Positions 1 through 12,750 of a stretch of 64,000 nucleotides of DNA are shown one piece after another. The DNA lies in contig CAWGMA010000003.1 in NCBI GenBank assembly GCA_963823555.1, positions 460,506 through 524,505 of the forward strand. Direction: 5' to 3'. Source of the DNA: Candidatus Eiseniibacteriota bacterium (GTDB taxonomy: Bacteria > Eisenbacteria > RBG-16-71-46 > CAVPCR01). The notes beneath the pieces are model-generated. The model worked only from the letters and a program-made list of their open reading frames with translations, was not told the DNA's origin and did not search any database. A program made the translations under genes and the position numbers. Position 1 is the first letter of the stretch. Each line of letters opens with the position of its first letter.

Positions 1-225
1 GCGCGGCAGGTCGGAATCCTCACGGTTATCCCGTTCATGCTGCTGGCTGGCCCGTTGCTCGGTTACGTGGTCGGGAGCTGGCTCGATCGCAAACTCGGCA
101 CCGAGCCCGTGCTGCTCATCGTGTCGATCATCGTCGGACTCATAGCCTCCGGGCGCGAGACGTACGAGTTGATCAAGCTCGCGAGCCGCGAAGATGTTGA
201 GGGTGATAAGGGCGATGGTAGATGA
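1..225 (+). CDS. ATP synthase operon small membrane protein AtpZ (5' end outside window)
   Basis: Reading frame is open from position 1, so the N-terminus lies outside the window. Two predicted TM helices (GILTVIPFMLLAGPLLGYVVGSWLDRKLG...). Sits immediately upstream of atpI and atpB in the conserved atpZ position. Confidence 0.55.
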   Translation, partial: ARQVGILTVIPFMLLAGPLLGYVVGSWLDRKLGTEPVLLIVSIIVGLIASGRETYELIKLASREDVEGDKGDGR

Positions 226-628
226 AGCGGGCAAGGGTACCGGCTATGTCCAGAAGATCGCCCTGGCCAGCATCGGTAGCGGGCTCGTCCTAGCCATTGT
301 GCTCCTGGGACTTGGATTCGGCAACTGGGGCGCCGGTGTTCTCGCCGGCGATCTGTGGGCCGTCGGTAACCTCTACTGTGTGCGTTTCGTGTTGCAGCGA
401 GTGCTCGTGACGGAAGAGGAGCGGCGCGCTCATCCGAGTCCGTTCGGACTCCTCCTCGGCCTCTCGGTCAAGTTTCCCCTTCTCTACGGACTTGGATATC
501 TGATGCTCAGCTCCGGTTGGTTCCGTACTGAAGGTCTGGTGATCGGACTCATCGTGCCCTTCGCGGTGGCCTTTGCCGATGCTCTGGCCCAGTTCGCCGC
601 CGAGAGGCGGCAGGCGGCCGCGTCATGA
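194..628 (+). CDS. atpI: ATP synthase protein I (AtpI)
   Basis: 144-aa hydrophobic protein with about 4 TM segments. Overlaps the atpZ end and precedes atpB by a 4-bp overlap. Confidence 0.6.
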   Translation: MLRVIRAMVDEAGKGTGYVQKIALASIGSGLVLAIVLLGLGFGNWGAGVLAGDLWAVGNLYCVRFVLQRVLVTEEERRAHPSPFGLLLGLSVKFPLLYGLGYLMLSSGWFRTEGLVIGLIVPFAVAFADALAQFAAERRQAAAS

Positions 629-1737
629 CCGGACGTCCCGAACGGGTGAGTCCCCGCGCCGCGCGAGGCGACAGGAGCACGTTTCGGCGCTGGTTCCGGT
701 TGGGTCTCGTTTTCGCCGCGCTCGTCACGCTGGCGAGCTTGCCGGCACTACGGCCCGGCCGGCTGGTGCCGCCGGCATCGGGCCAGCACCCGGGGACGGT
801 GGAGCCCGGTACGGCGGATACGGAGGCAGAAGAGCAAACTGCGGCGCCGCATGGCGTCGCGGAGCACGGGGCCACGGAACCCGGCGCCACAGAGCACGGG
901 GCCACAGAGCCCGGCGCCACAGAGCACGGGGCCACAGAGCACGGGGCCACAGAGCACGGCGCTCCGCACTCGGAGCATCCACCCGAGCTCCCCAACCTCA
1001 TCACCATCCTCTACGATCGCTATCCCGACGCTGCCTGGGCCCAGTTCCTGCACACCTGGGAGAACCAGGCGTTCATGTTCCTCTATATCATGGTCATCCT
1101 CGTGGTGGCGGCCGCCGGATCGCGCGCGCTCAATCGCATCCCAGGTCCGCTGCAGAACGGCGTCGAGTTCGTGGTCGAGAGCCTCGACGACTTCGTGACG
1201 GGCATCCTCGGACCGCAGGGCCGCCGGCTGGTGCCGTTCCTGGGCACGCTCTTCGTATTCATCCTGACCATGAACTACGCCGGGCTCGTGCCGTTCTTGA
1301 AGTCGCCGACCGCGAACCTCAATACGACGCTGGCCATGGCGCTGTGCGTCTTCTTCTACGTGCAATGGACGGGGATCCGGTCGTTCGGCATCGTCGGTTA
1401 CCTCGATCACCTGGCCGGCTCGCCCCGGGATCTGGTCGGCTTCATCCTGATGCCGATCATGTTGCCGCTGCATATTGTCGGCGAGCTGGTGAAGCCGATG
1501 AGCCTCTCCCTCCGTCTCTTCGGCAATGTCACCGGCGAGGACGTCCTTCTGGCCGTCTTCGTCGGCCTGGGCGTGGGGTTGCTCGGGGCTTTCGTGCATG
1601 GGTTGCCCTTCGGCATCCCCCTGCAGGCGATTGTCTATCCGCTGCTCCTCATCTTCGGATTCATTCAGGCTCTGGTCTTCACCCTGCTCAGCACCATCTA
1701 CTTCTTCATGATGCTTCCCCACGAGGAGCATCACTAG
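625..1737 (+). CDS. atpB: F0F1 ATP synthase subunit a, with unusual about 125-aa N-terminal repeat-containing extension
   Basis: C-terminal half has the diagnostic subunit-a motifs (LSLRLFGN, membrane helices). N-terminal extension carries [10 protein letters not shown] / HGATE tandem repeats. Confidence 0.9.
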   Translation: MTGRPERVSPRAARGDRSTFRRWFRLGLVFAALVTLASLPALRPGRLVPPASGQHPGTVEPGTADTEAEEQTAAPHGVAEHGATEPGATEHGATEPGATEHGATEHGATEHGAPHSEHPPELPNLITILYDRYPDAAWAQFLHTWENQAFMFLYIMVILVVAAAGSRALNRIPGPLQNGVEFVVESLDDFVTGILGPQGRRLVPFLGTLFVFILTMNYAGLVPFLKSPTANLNTTLAMALCVFFYVQWTGIRSFGIVGYLDHLAGSPRDLVGFILMPIMLPLHIVGELVKPMSLSLRLFGNVTGEDVLLAVFVGLGVGLLGAFVHGLPFGIPLQAIVYPLLLIFGFIQALVFTLLSTIYFFMMLPHEEHH

Positions 1738-1801
1738 GGGAGAAGGGCCGGTCCTGCCGGCCCCTCGGACACGAACGACTCTGAAAGGGGGTCTTACGTT
1801 C

Positions 1802-2038
1802 ATGGATCACAGCGCAACCATCGGACTCGCTCTCCCGATCGGTCTGGGGATCGCCGCCTTCGGGTCCGCTTTCGGTCTCGGCCGCGCGGTCGGTGCCGCC
1901 ATGGAGGCGATCGGTCGCCAGCCGGAAGCGGCGGCCAAGATCCAGACTGCCATGATCATCGGCTGCGCGCTCATCGAGGCGCTCACCATCTACGCCCTGG
2001 TCAGCGTGTTCGTGCTGCAGGGGAAGATCGGCAGTTAG
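1802..2038 (+). CDS. atpE: F0F1 ATP synthase subunit c
   Basis: 78-aa hairpin proteolipid with GxGxGxG-rich helix 1 and a conserved carboxylate helix ([16 protein letters not shown]). Confidence 0.92.
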   Translation: MDHSATIGLALPIGLGIAAFGSAFGLGRAVGAAMEAIGRQPEAAAKIQTAMIIGCALIEALTIYALVSVFVLQGKIGS

Positions 2039-2104
2039 GGCGATCAACCGGGAGGCGCGGCGGCGGTATTCGCCGGAGCAGCGCCTCGAGGTCCAGGGAA
2101 CGCG

Positions 2105-2596
2105 ATGCTTGAGATCAGCTGGCCACAGCTCATAACCAACGTCATCGGCTTCTTGATTCTCTTTCTCGGGCTCAAGCGCTTGGCCTGGGGGCCGATCCTC
2201 GGCCTCCTCGAGGAGCGCCAGAGCCGCATCAAGAAGGAGATCGAGACGGTCGAGCAGGCCAGGCAGCAAGCCGCCGCGCTCGAAGCCGAGTTCGAGAACA
2301 AGCTCAAGGAGATCGATGCCCTCGCGCGCAAGCGCATCGAGGAGGCCGTGCGCGAGGCGCAGGCGGTGGGCGCGGACATGAAGGAGAAGGCGCGTCTGGA
2401 GGCCGCCGCAATCTACGAGAAGGCCAAGGCCGATATCGAACGCGAGCGCGAGCAGGCGCGAGTGGCGCTCCGTGATGACCTGGTGAAGATGGTGATGGTT
2501 GCCGGCGAGAAGGTGCTCCGCGTGCAACTGACGCCGGGGGTGCACGAGCAACTCATCACCCGGTACATCGACGAGCTCGAAGGCATCAAGCCGTAG
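2105..2596 (+). CDS. atpF: F0F1 ATP synthase subunit b
   Basis: N-terminal TM helix followed by a long charged coiled coil (E/K/R/A rich). Position between atpE and atpH. Confidence 0.88.
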   Translation: MLEISWPQLITNVIGFLILFLGLKRLAWGPILGLLEERQSRIKKEIETVEQARQQAAALEAEFENKLKEIDALARKRIEEAVREAQAVGADMKEKARLEAAAIYEKAKADIEREREQARVALRDDLVKMVMVAGEKVLRVQLTPGVHEQLITRYIDELEGIKP

Positions 2597-2611
2597 CGGA
2601 GCGGAGGGATC

Positions 2612-3193
2612 GTGCCTCGGTCAGCGACCCAGAGCAGCGGAACGCATATCAACTCCGGTCTTGCGCGCCGGTACGCCGCCGCGCTCTATGCGAGCGCCAA
2701 GCAGCGGGGCGTGCAGGACCAGGTCGAAGCGGACCTGACATCCGTCGTGGAGCTGCTCAAAGCCGAGCGCGCTTTCCGCGATTTCCTCCTCAAGCCGGAT
2801 GTCCTCGACGAGCAAAAAGCGGAGATCGTGACGCGGAGCCTGGGGCCGCGCGTGCGGCCGCTCACGCTCCACTTCCTTCAGCTCCTGCTCAAGAAGCGGC
2901 GTCTCGACCACCTGGAGGTGATCCAGGAGGTCATGCGCGAACTCATCGAGACCGACCGCGGGATCGTTCATGCCAGGGTGACGACGGCGGTCGAGCTCAA
3001 GCCCGAGCTCAGGGAGAAGCTCAAGGCCCGCCTGGAGGCGACCACCCGTAAGACGATCATCCTCGACCTCGAGGTCGATCCGGAGATCATCGGCGGGGTC
3101 GTCGTCCTTCTCCACAACCAGCTCGTGGACGGGAGCTTGCGGCGGGAGCTGGATCGCCTGCGCGACGATTTGATGGCGGTGCGCGTCATCTAG
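2612..3193 (+). CDS. atpH: F0F1 ATP synthase subunit delta (OSCP)
   Basis: LARRYAAALY... OSCP-like N-terminus. GTG start. Position between atpF and atpA. Confidence 0.85.
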   Translation: MPRSATQSSGTHINSGLARRYAAALYASAKQRGVQDQVEADLTSVVELLKAERAFRDFLLKPDVLDEQKAEIVTRSLGPRVRPLTLHFLQLLLKKRRLDHLEVIQEVMRELIETDRGIVHARVTTAVELKPELREKLKARLEATTRKTIILDLEVDPEIIGGVVVLLHNQLVDGSLRRELDRLRDDLMAVRVI

Positions 3194-3248
3194 GTGACGC
3201 CGGAAGATTGCTCGAGATAGACGACCTCGAAACAGGGAGCTAGAAGTC

Positions 3249-4784
<1,536 letters not shown>

Positions 4785-4793
4785 CGGAAAGCC

Positions 4794-5669
4794 ATGAGCT
4801 CCCTACGTGTTCTCAAGCGGCGCATCCGCAGCGTCCAGAGCACGCAGCAGATCACCAAGGCCATGGAGATGGTCTCGGCCTCGAAGCTGCGCCGGGCGCA
4901 GAGGGCAGCCGAGTCGGCCCGGCCTTACGGCCAGGCCATGGGCGCCATCCTCGAGCATCTGGCCGAGGCCACGGCGGCCCGCGACCATCCGCTCTTCGAG
5001 CTGCGGGCGGAGGGGCCGGTGCTCCTCGTCGTGATCTCGGCCGATCGCGGGTTGTGCGGCTCGTTCAATACCAATGTCGTGCGCCGCGCGGTCCAGTTCT
5101 TGAAAGAGCGCTCGGGCGACGAGGTCGAGCTCATGTTCGCCGGCAAGAAGGCCTGGGAGTACTTCCGCCGGCGGAGCTGGCCCATGACCGGCGTCTACAA
5201 GGATTTCGGCGGCCGGCTCGAGCTCGAGCGGGCGCAGGAGATCACCGACGATCTGATCGGCCGCTTCACGGCGCGCCAGGTGCGCGAGGTGCACCTCTTG
5301 ACATCGCGCTTCGTGACCACGCTCGTCCGGCGGGTGGTGGTGGAGCCGTTCCTGCCCATCGTCGCGGCGCCGCCGGCGGACGGGACCGCAGCGTCGAGCG
5401 CGGACCTCGCCGTCGAGTACATCTTCGAGCCATCGCCCGAGGAGATCTACTCGCGCCTCCTGCCGCGCTACGCGCTGACCCGGGTCATGGCGGCGATGCT
5501 CGAATCGTTCGCCTCCGAGCATTCGGCGCGCATGGTGGCGATGGGATCGGCGTCGAAGAACGCGGAAGAGATGATCGCGGACCTGGTCCTGCTCCGGAAC
5601 CGGATCCGGCAGGCGGCGATCACCAAGGAAATCTCGGAGCTGGTCGGGGGCGCGGAGGCGCTCCGGTAG
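4794..5669 (+). CDS. atpG: F0F1 ATP synthase subunit gamma
   Basis: MSSLRVLKRRIRSVQSTQQITKAMEMVSASKLRRAQ N-terminus and conserved C-terminal helix. Confidence 0.95.
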   Translation: MSSLRVLKRRIRSVQSTQQITKAMEMVSASKLRRAQRAAESARPYGQAMGAILEHLAEATAARDHPLFELRAEGPVLLVVISADRGLCGSFNTNVVRRAVQFLKERSGDEVELMFAGKKAWEYFRRRSWPMTGVYKDFGGRLELERAQEITDDLIGRFTARQVREVHLLTSRFVTTLVRRVVVEPFLPIVAAPPADGTAASSADLAVEYIFEPSPEEIYSRLLPRYALTRVMAAMLESFASEHSARMVAMGSASKNAEEMIADLVLLRNRIRQAAITKEISELVGGAEALR

Positions 5670-5733
5670 CACGGCGGAGACAGGACCGGGCGGAACGCCC
5701 GCGGGCGATCGATCGCCAGGAGAAGCGACTGGA

Positions 5734-7168
<1,435 letters not shown>

Positions 7169-7171
7169 GCG

Positions 7172-7597
7172 ATGGCGGAACCGGTCTTCACGCTCGAGAT
7201 CCTCACCCCGAGCCGGCAGGAGTTCACCGGCAAGGTGACTTCGCTCGTCGCCCCGGGGATCGCGGGCTACCTGGGCGTCCTCGCCCATCACGCCCCGCTC
7301 ATCACGCCGCTCGCCGCGGGGAACCTCGAGGTCAAGCTGCCGTCCGGCGAGACCCTGTTCTTCTACGTGAGCGGAGGGTTCCTCGAGGTCTCACGCAACC
7401 GCGCCATCGTGCTCGCCGACGCGCTCGAGCCGGCCAAGGAGATCGATCCGGCGACGGCCGAGGCGGCGGTCCGGGCGGCGCGCGAGGCCCGGCGCGAGGC
7501 GACGGCACCGCCGGCCGTGGAACGGGCCGAACTCGAGCTGTCGCAGGCGCGGGCGCGCCTGCGCGCCGCGCGCAAGCAACGCGGCGAGCTCAACTGA
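7172..7597 (+). CDS. atpC: F0F1 ATP synthase subunit epsilon
   Basis: 141 aa. Conserved N-terminal beta-sandwich (LEILTPSRQEFTGKV...) and C-terminal helices. Last gene of the operon. Confidence 0.92.
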   Translation: MAEPVFTLEILTPSRQEFTGKVTSLVAPGIAGYLGVLAHHAPLITPLAAGNLEVKLPSGETLFFYVSGGFLEVSRNRAIVLADALEPAKEIDPATAEAAVRAAREARREATAPPAVERAELELSQARARLRAARKQRGELN

Positions 7598-7662
7598 CGT
7601 AGCGGAGCCGGGTCGGCCCGGATCCCGACCGGCGACCGGGAAGCCCTGACCGGGCCGCTTGA

Positions 7663-9057
7663 CTAGACCGCCTTGAGAGCTGCGTTCAGCTCGAGGATCG
7701 CCTTCTTCCCGTCGCCGAAGAGCATCAGGGTGTTGTCGGCGGCGAAGAGCGGGTTCGGGATGCCCGCGAAGCCCGGGCTCAGGCTGCGCTTCACCACGAC
7801 CACGGTGCGTGCCTTGTCGGCATCGATGATCGGCATGCCGGCGATCGGACTCGAGGGATCGGTGCGAGCCACCGGGTTCACCACATCGTTGGCGCCGATC
7901 ACGAGCGCCACATCGGTCTGCTCGAACGTCGGGTTGATCTCGTCCATCTCCTTGAGCTTGTCGTAGGAGACGTCGGCCTCGGCCAGGAGCACGTTCATGT
8001 GTCCCGGCATGCGGCCCGCCACCGGGTGAATGGCGAACTCGACCTCGATGCCGCGGGCGGTGAGAATGTTGGTGAGATCGCGCACCGCATGCTGCGCCTG
8101 CGACACCGCCATGCCGTAACCCGGGATGATCACCACGCGCTGCGCGGTGTCGAAGAGCATCGCCACTTCCTCGGGGCTCGAGGACTTGACTTTCCCCGCA
8201 TAGACCTTGTCAGCGGTCGGTTGCTCGGCACCGGCGACCCCCATCTTGCCCATCAGCACATTGCCGAGCGAGCGGTTCATGGCCTTGCACATGATCTGGG
8301 AGAGGATGATCCCCGAGGCGCCGACCAGCGAGCCGGCGATGATGAGGACATTGTTGGCCAGCACGAAACCGGTCGCCGCTCCCGCGAGCCCGGAATAGGA
8401 GTTGAGGAGCGCGATGGCGACCGGCATGTCGGCGCCGCCGATCGGGATCACGACGAGGACGCCGAGCAGGGAGGCGACGGCCACCAGGAGCAGGTAGGGC
8501 ATCATGTTGCCGGGATCGGTCACGATCCAGGCGCCGAACCCGAGGCAGATGAGAAGGAGCACGAGATTGATGAACTGCTGCCCCGGAAAGTGGATGAAGC
8601 GGTCGGTCATCAGCTCCTGGAGCTTGGCGAAGGCGATCATGCTGCCGGTGAAGGTGACCGCACCGATGAGCCCCGAGGCCACGCTGGCGACGGCGACCTG
8701 GGCGATGGGTGCCGAGCTCACGACGTGCGCCTCGACCAGGGCGGCTCCCGCGACCAGGACCGAAGCCGCGCCGCCGAAGCCGTTGAGGAGCGCCACCATC
8801 TGCGGCATGGCGGTCATCTGCACCCGGGTCGCGAGCAGGGCGCCGATCGCCGAGCCGATGATGACGCCGAGGAAGATGTACTGGAACTCGACGATGTTGC
8901 GGTCGAGGAGGGTGATCACCACCGCGAGCAGCATGCCCATGGCGCCCGTCATGTTGGCGCGCACCGCGGTGCGGGGCGAGGCCAGCCCCATGATGCCGAA
9001 GATGAAGAGGATCGACGAGATCAGGTATCCGACATTGATCAAGACTGTGGTTGGCAC
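7663..9057 (-). CDS. pntB: NAD(P) transhydrogenase subunit beta
   Basis: 464 aa. Multi-TM N-terminal half and C-terminal NADP(H)-binding domain with conserved PntB blocks (GYGMAVSQAQH, IGANDVVNP). Confidence 0.93.
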   Translation of the reverse strand: MPTTVLINVGYLISSILFIFGIMGLASPRTAVRANMTGAMGMLLAVVITLLDRNIVEFQYIFLGVIIGSAIGALLATRVQMTAMPQMVALLNGFGGAASVLVAGAALVEAHVVSSAPIAQVAVASVASGLIGAVTFTGSMIAFAKLQELMTDRFIHFPGQQFINLVLLLICLGFGAWIVTDPGNMMPYLLLVAVASLLGVLVVIPIGGADMPVAIALLNSYSGLAGAATGFVLANNVLIIAGSLVGASGIILSQIMCKAMNRSLGNVLMGKMGVAGAEQPTADKVYAGKVKSSSPEEVAMLFDTAQRVVIIPGYGMAVSQAQHAVRDLTNILTARGIEVEFAIHPVAGRMPGHMNVLLAEADVSYDKLKEMDEINPTFEQTDVALVIGANDVVNPVARTDPSSPIAGMPIIDADKARTVVVVKRSLSPGFAGIPNPLFAADNTLMLFGDGKKAILELNAALKAV

Positions 9058-9060
9058 GGC

Positions 9061-9342
9061 TCAGCCCTTCTTGCGGAACATACCCAGCATGCGGTGGGTC
9101 ACCATGAACCCGCCGACGACGTTGATCGTGGCGAAGACCACGGCGGCCACGCCGAGAATCGTGCTCAGCGGATTGGGCGTACCGGCGGAGATCATGGCAC
9201 CGATGAGCGTGATCCCGGAGATGGCGTTGGACCCCGACATGAGCGGGGTATGGAGGAGCGGGGGCACCTTGGTGATCACGTAGAAGCCCACGAACACGGC
9301 GAGGGCGAAGATGGTGATGCTTTGCACCAGAGCTTCCATCAA
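9061..9342 (-). CDS. pntA: NAD(P) transhydrogenase subunit alpha part 2 (membrane segment)
   Basis: 93-aa three-TM protein between pntA1 and pntB, typical of the split-alpha arrangement. Confidence 0.85.
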   Translation of the reverse strand: MMEALVQSITIFALAVFVGFYVITKVPPLLHTPLMSGSNAISGITLIGAMISAGTPNPLSTILGVAAVVFATINVVGGFMVTHRMLGMFRKKG

Positions 9343-10604
9343 CCTTTCCTTTCGGGAGCGGGATTCTCGTTGGCGGCGGGAGCCTCGTTGGCGGCGGAGG
9401 CCGGGGCGAGGCCGAGCAGCTCGCGCAGGCGCGCGTGAACCACGTCGCCGTCGCGCGCCACCAGGGTCTCGCGGGTGATCTCATCCTCCATGTCGAGCTT
9501 GAGCTGGCCTTCCTTCACGAGATGGAGCAGGAACGTGCTCACGTTCTTGGCGTACATCTGGCTGGCATGGGCGGGCACGGTGCCCGGGAGGTTGGTCGGG
9601 CCGAGGATCGTCACCCCGTGCTCGACCACCGTCTGGTCCGGGCGCGTGAGCTCGCAGTTGCCACCGCGCTCGGCTGCCAGATCGACGACCACCGAGCCGG
9701 GGGCCATGCGCTGGACGGCGTCCTTGGTGACGAGAACCGGGGCCCGCTTGCCGGGGACGGCCGCCGTGGTGATGACGACATCGAATTGCCCGATCGCGGC
9801 GGCCATCGCCTCCTGCTGGCGGCGGTAGAAGTCCTCGCCCATGGCTCGCGCGTAGCCGCCCTTGTCCTCCGCGTCGCCGGCGTCGACGTTGAGCTCGAGG
9901 AACTTCGCCCCCATGCTCATCACCTGTTCCTTGGCCGCGGCCCGCACGTCATAGGCCTCCACCCTCGCGCCGAGGCGACGGGCGGTGGCGATGGCCTGGA
10001 GGCCGGCGACTCCCGCGCCCATGACCAGCACACGCGCCGGCGCCAGCGTGCCGGCTGCGGTCATCATCATGGGGAAGATGCGCGGCAGTGCGATGGCGGC
10101 GAGGAGCACGGCCTTGTACCCGGCGAGCGAGGCCATCGAGGACAGGACGTCCATGCTCTGCGCGCGCGTGATGCGCGGCATCAGCTCGAGCGCGAAGAGC
10201 GAGACGCCGCTCGGTGCGAGCTCCTTCACGTGTTCGGGGGCCGAGAGCGGATCGAGCATGCCGACGAGGACCTGTCCGCGGCGGAGGTGGGCCATGTCGG
10301 CACGGCCGGCCTCGGGGTTGGCTCCGGCGGCGCGCACGGTGAGGAGGATGTCCGAACCGGCGAACACGTCCGCGCGGGAGGCGACGATCTCCGCCCCCTT
10401 CTCCTCATAGGCCGCATCGAGGAACCCGGCGTCGGCACCCGCACCGGCCTGGATCTTGATCTTGAGTCCGGCCTTGGTGAGGCCAGCCAGAGAGGCGGGG
10501 ATCAAGGCGACTCGCTTCTCGCCCGGAAACGATTCCTTGGGAATGCCGACGATCATGGCGTGGACCTCGAGCGTCTTCGCTCTGCGACCGATACCCATCC
10601 GCAT
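9339..10604 (-). CDS. pntA: NAD(P) transhydrogenase subunit alpha part 1 (alanine-dehydrogenase-like NAD(H)-binding domain)
   Basis: MIVGIPKESFPGEKRVALIP... and Rossmann GAGVAGLQAIATARRLGA. True start probably the internal ATG at 10556 (MIVGIPKE). 4-bp overlap with pntA2. Confidence 0.9.
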   Translation of the reverse strand: MRMGIGRRAKTLEVHAMIVGIPKESFPGEKRVALIPASLAGLTKAGLKIKIQAGAGADAGFLDAAYEEKGAEIVASRADVFAGSDILLTVRAAGANPEAGRADMAHLRRGQVLVGMLDPLSAPEHVKELAPSGVSLFALELMPRITRAQSMDVLSSMASLAGYKAVLLAAIALPRIFPMMMTAAGTLAPARVLVMGAGVAGLQAIATARRLGARVEAYDVRAAAKEQVMSMGAKFLELNVDAGDAEDKGGYARAMGEDFYRRQQEAMAAAIGQFDVVITTAAVPGKRAPVLVTKDAVQRMAPGSVVVDLAAERGGNCELTRPDQTVVEHGVTILGPTNLPGTVPAHASQMYAKNVSTFLLHLVKEGQLKLDMEDEITRETLVARDGDVVHARLRELLGLAPASAANEAPAANENPAPERKG

Positions 10605-10688
10605 CCGGGCTGGCGGTCGCGGCCAGTCGGGGCGGGATCCGGTGGCGCGGAGGGCGCGCTCCGGGCCGCTCGGGCGAGCGGCCGGAGG

Positions 10689-10716
10689 ATTATACGCATT
10701 TCACGCCGGCTGTCAT
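10689..10716 (-). promoter_or_regulatory. Near-consensus sigma70-type promoter (ATGACA-16nt-TATAAT) for the pnt operon
   Basis: On the minus strand, atgacaGCCGGCGTGAAATGCGtataat lies about 80 bp upstream of the pntA1 start. Confidence 0.5.
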
Positions 10717-10768
10717 CCGCTCCGATCGCGAGGACGGGTGTGGTGCGAGATGCGGCCTCGCGGGTGGC

Positions 10769-11206
10769 CTAAGTCCCGATCAGAGCGGAGTGTTCGACCA
10801 TCAGACAGCGGTCCATGACCACGAGGATGCCGGCATCGCGGGCGCGTGCGGCCGCCCCCTCGTCGACGATGCCGATCTGCATCCAGATCGCGCGCACGCC
10901 GCGCTCGATCGCCTCGTCGATGTGCGGGCCGACATGGGACGAACGGCGGAAGAGATCGACGATGTCGATCGGCGTCGCCGCCGGGATCGCGGACAGGCGC
11001 GGGTAGCTCGGTTCACCGAGGATCTCCCCGTGGCCGGGATTGACCGGGATGATCCTGTAGCCGCGTTCCTTGAGGTAGCGGGCGACCCGATAGCTCGCGC
11101 GTTCGGGTTTGGGCGAGAGCCCGACCACGGCGATGTGCCGCGCGTCGAGGAGGAGATCGCGGATCTCGTCGCGGCCGGGGTTGGTCCGGGTCATCGTTTT
11201 CGACAT
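10769..11206 (-). CDS. CoA-binding domain protein (YccU/YneT-like)
   Basis: 145 aa. AVVGLSPKPERASYRVARYLKERGYRIIPVNP ... IWMQ CoA-binding Rossmann-like fold. Confidence 0.8.
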   Translation of the reverse strand: MSKTMTRTNPGRDEIRDLLLDARHIAVVGLSPKPERASYRVARYLKERGYRIIPVNPGHGEILGEPSYPRLSAIPAATPIDIVDLFRRSSHVGPHIDEAIERGVRAIWMQIGIVDEGAAARARDAGILVVMDRCLMVEHSALIGT

Positions 11207-11303
11207 CCCTCGCTCGGGCCGATGGTGACCTGGCGGCCAGGCCGCCCGGAAGAGAGGGCGACTCTACCATGCGGGCCGCCGCTCCCGGCCGTGATGTGGG
11301 ATA

Positions 11304-12647
11304 ATGCGGCCCATGTTTCGGCCGGTCCAAGAACAGCTGGAGATTCTCCTGTCCGGATGCCTCTTTGCCGACGAGGTCGAGGGCGTCGACATCGGCGCCT
11401 CGGCTCTCGCCGTGGACGCGGCGCCGGGTGGCGGTCCGGGTACCCCCGCCCCGGGTCCGGAGCGGACCCTGCGGACGCAGATGACCGCCGAGCTCCGCGA
11501 GCGTCTCACCGAGAGCGCGCGCACCGGGCGCCCGCTCCGCGTCTACCTGGGCGCCGACCCGACGGCGAAGAGCCTCCACATCGGACACTTCGTGTCGGTG
11601 CAGAAGCTCCGCCAGTTCCAGGAGCTGGGCCATCAGGTCGTGTTCCTGGTCGGTGACTACACGGCCCTCATCGGCGATCCGAGCGGTCAGGAGAGCGAGC
11701 GCAAGCGCCTCACACACGAGCAGGTGACGGAGATGGCGCGCGACTACCAGAGCCAGGTCTTCCGCCTCCTCGATCCCGAGCGCACCGAGGTCCGCACCAA
11801 CGGCGAGTGGCTGGCCAAGATGTCCTTCGCCGACATGATCGAGCTGGCCGCGCTCTTCCCGCTCAAGTGGATCGTGAGCCGGCGCGATTTCGCCGAACGC
11901 CTCGAGCGCGGGGAGTCGCTGCGCCTGCACGAGACGCTCTACAGCATCATGCAGGGCTACGACGCGCATGCTCTCCGGTGCGACGTTCAGGTGGGTGGCT
12001 ACGACCAGCACTTCAACCTGCTCGCCGGACGCTGGATCCAGGAACACTTCGGCGAGAAGCCGCACATCATGCTCACGACCCCGCTCTTGCCAGGTACCGA
12101 CGGGCGCAAGATGAGCAAGTCCTACGGCAACGAGATCGCCATCCGTGATCGCGCCGAGGACATCTACGGCAAGACGATGCGGGTGGCCGACGAGTATCTC
12201 GCGAGCTACATCCAGCTCGCCACGGCCTTCACCCCGGAACGGAAGCGGGAGCTCGTCGCGCGCCTCGAGCGCCCGGGCGAGAACCCGATGACCGTGAAGA
12301 AGGAGCTCGCCTTCCATCTGGTCGAGCTGTACTACGGTCATGACGCGGCGGAGGGTGCGGCGGCGCATTTCCAGACGGTGGTCCAGGAGAAGGCGGCGCC
12401 GGAGGAGGTGGCCGAGGTGCGGTTGCCGGCTGAGCTCGCCCGCGCGGCGGCGGGGGAGGGCGTCAAGTGGCCCGACCTCCTGGTCGCACTCAAGCTCGCG
12501 GCGTCGAAGAGCGAGGTGCGGCGGCTCATGCAGCAAGGCGGGTTCTACGTGGAGCAGGAACCGGTGACGGATGTCGAAGCGCGCTACCGCGGCGGCGGGG
12601 CGCTCATCCGCCTCGGCAAGCGCAAGTACTACCGCCTTGCCGACTAG
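11304..12647 (+). CDS. tyrS: Tyrosine--tRNA ligase
   Basis: HIGH motif (HIGHFVS) and KMSKS motif present. C-terminal S4 RNA-binding domain. About 70-aa N-terminal extension. Real start may be the ATG at 11313. Confidence 0.9.
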   Translation: MRPMFRPVQEQLEILLSGCLFADEVEGVDIGASALAVDAAPGGGPGTPAPGPERTLRTQMTAELRERLTESARTGRPLRVYLGADPTAKSLHIGHFVSVQKLRQFQELGHQVVFLVGDYTALIGDPSGQESERKRLTHEQVTEMARDYQSQVFRLLDPERTEVRTNGEWLAKMSFADMIELAALFPLKWIVSRRDFAERLERGESLRLHETLYSIMQGYDAHALRCDVQVGGYDQHFNLLAGRWIQEHFGEKPHIMLTTPLLPGTDGRKMSKSYGNEIAIRDRAEDIYGKTMRVADEYLASYIQLATAFTPERKRELVARLERPGENPMTVKKELAFHLVELYYGHDAAEGAAAHFQTVVQEKAAPEEVAEVRLPAELARAAAGEGVKWPDLLVALKLAASKSEVRRLMQQGGFYVEQEPVTDVEARYRGGGALIRLGKRKYYRLAD

Positions 12648-12750
12648 GTCCGGGCCGCCGGAACGGGAGCGGCGCCGCGGGCGCTCCCGGGCTCCCCGTT
12701 CCGGGGGGCGAGGGGGGCGCCGGGAGGGCGCCACCACCCGCGCCACGCTG

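Noticed and set aside
7598-7662. Bidirectional terminator between atpC and pntB
   Set aside because: Only imperfect GC-rich inverted repeats (ccgggtcgg / ccgaccgg) without a U-tract, so too weak to call.
7999-9484. 479-aa and 424-aa ORFs overlapping pntB/pntA2 on either strand
   Set aside because: Alternate frames of the pnt genes. Composition is His/Arg/Asp-rich with no domain.
12571-12750. Upstream 60-codon extension of the membrane-protein ORF (start at 12571)
   Set aside because: Overlaps the last 77 bp of tyrS and encodes Ala/Ser/Arg/Gly-rich low-complexity sequence. The internal ATG at 12751 is more plausible.
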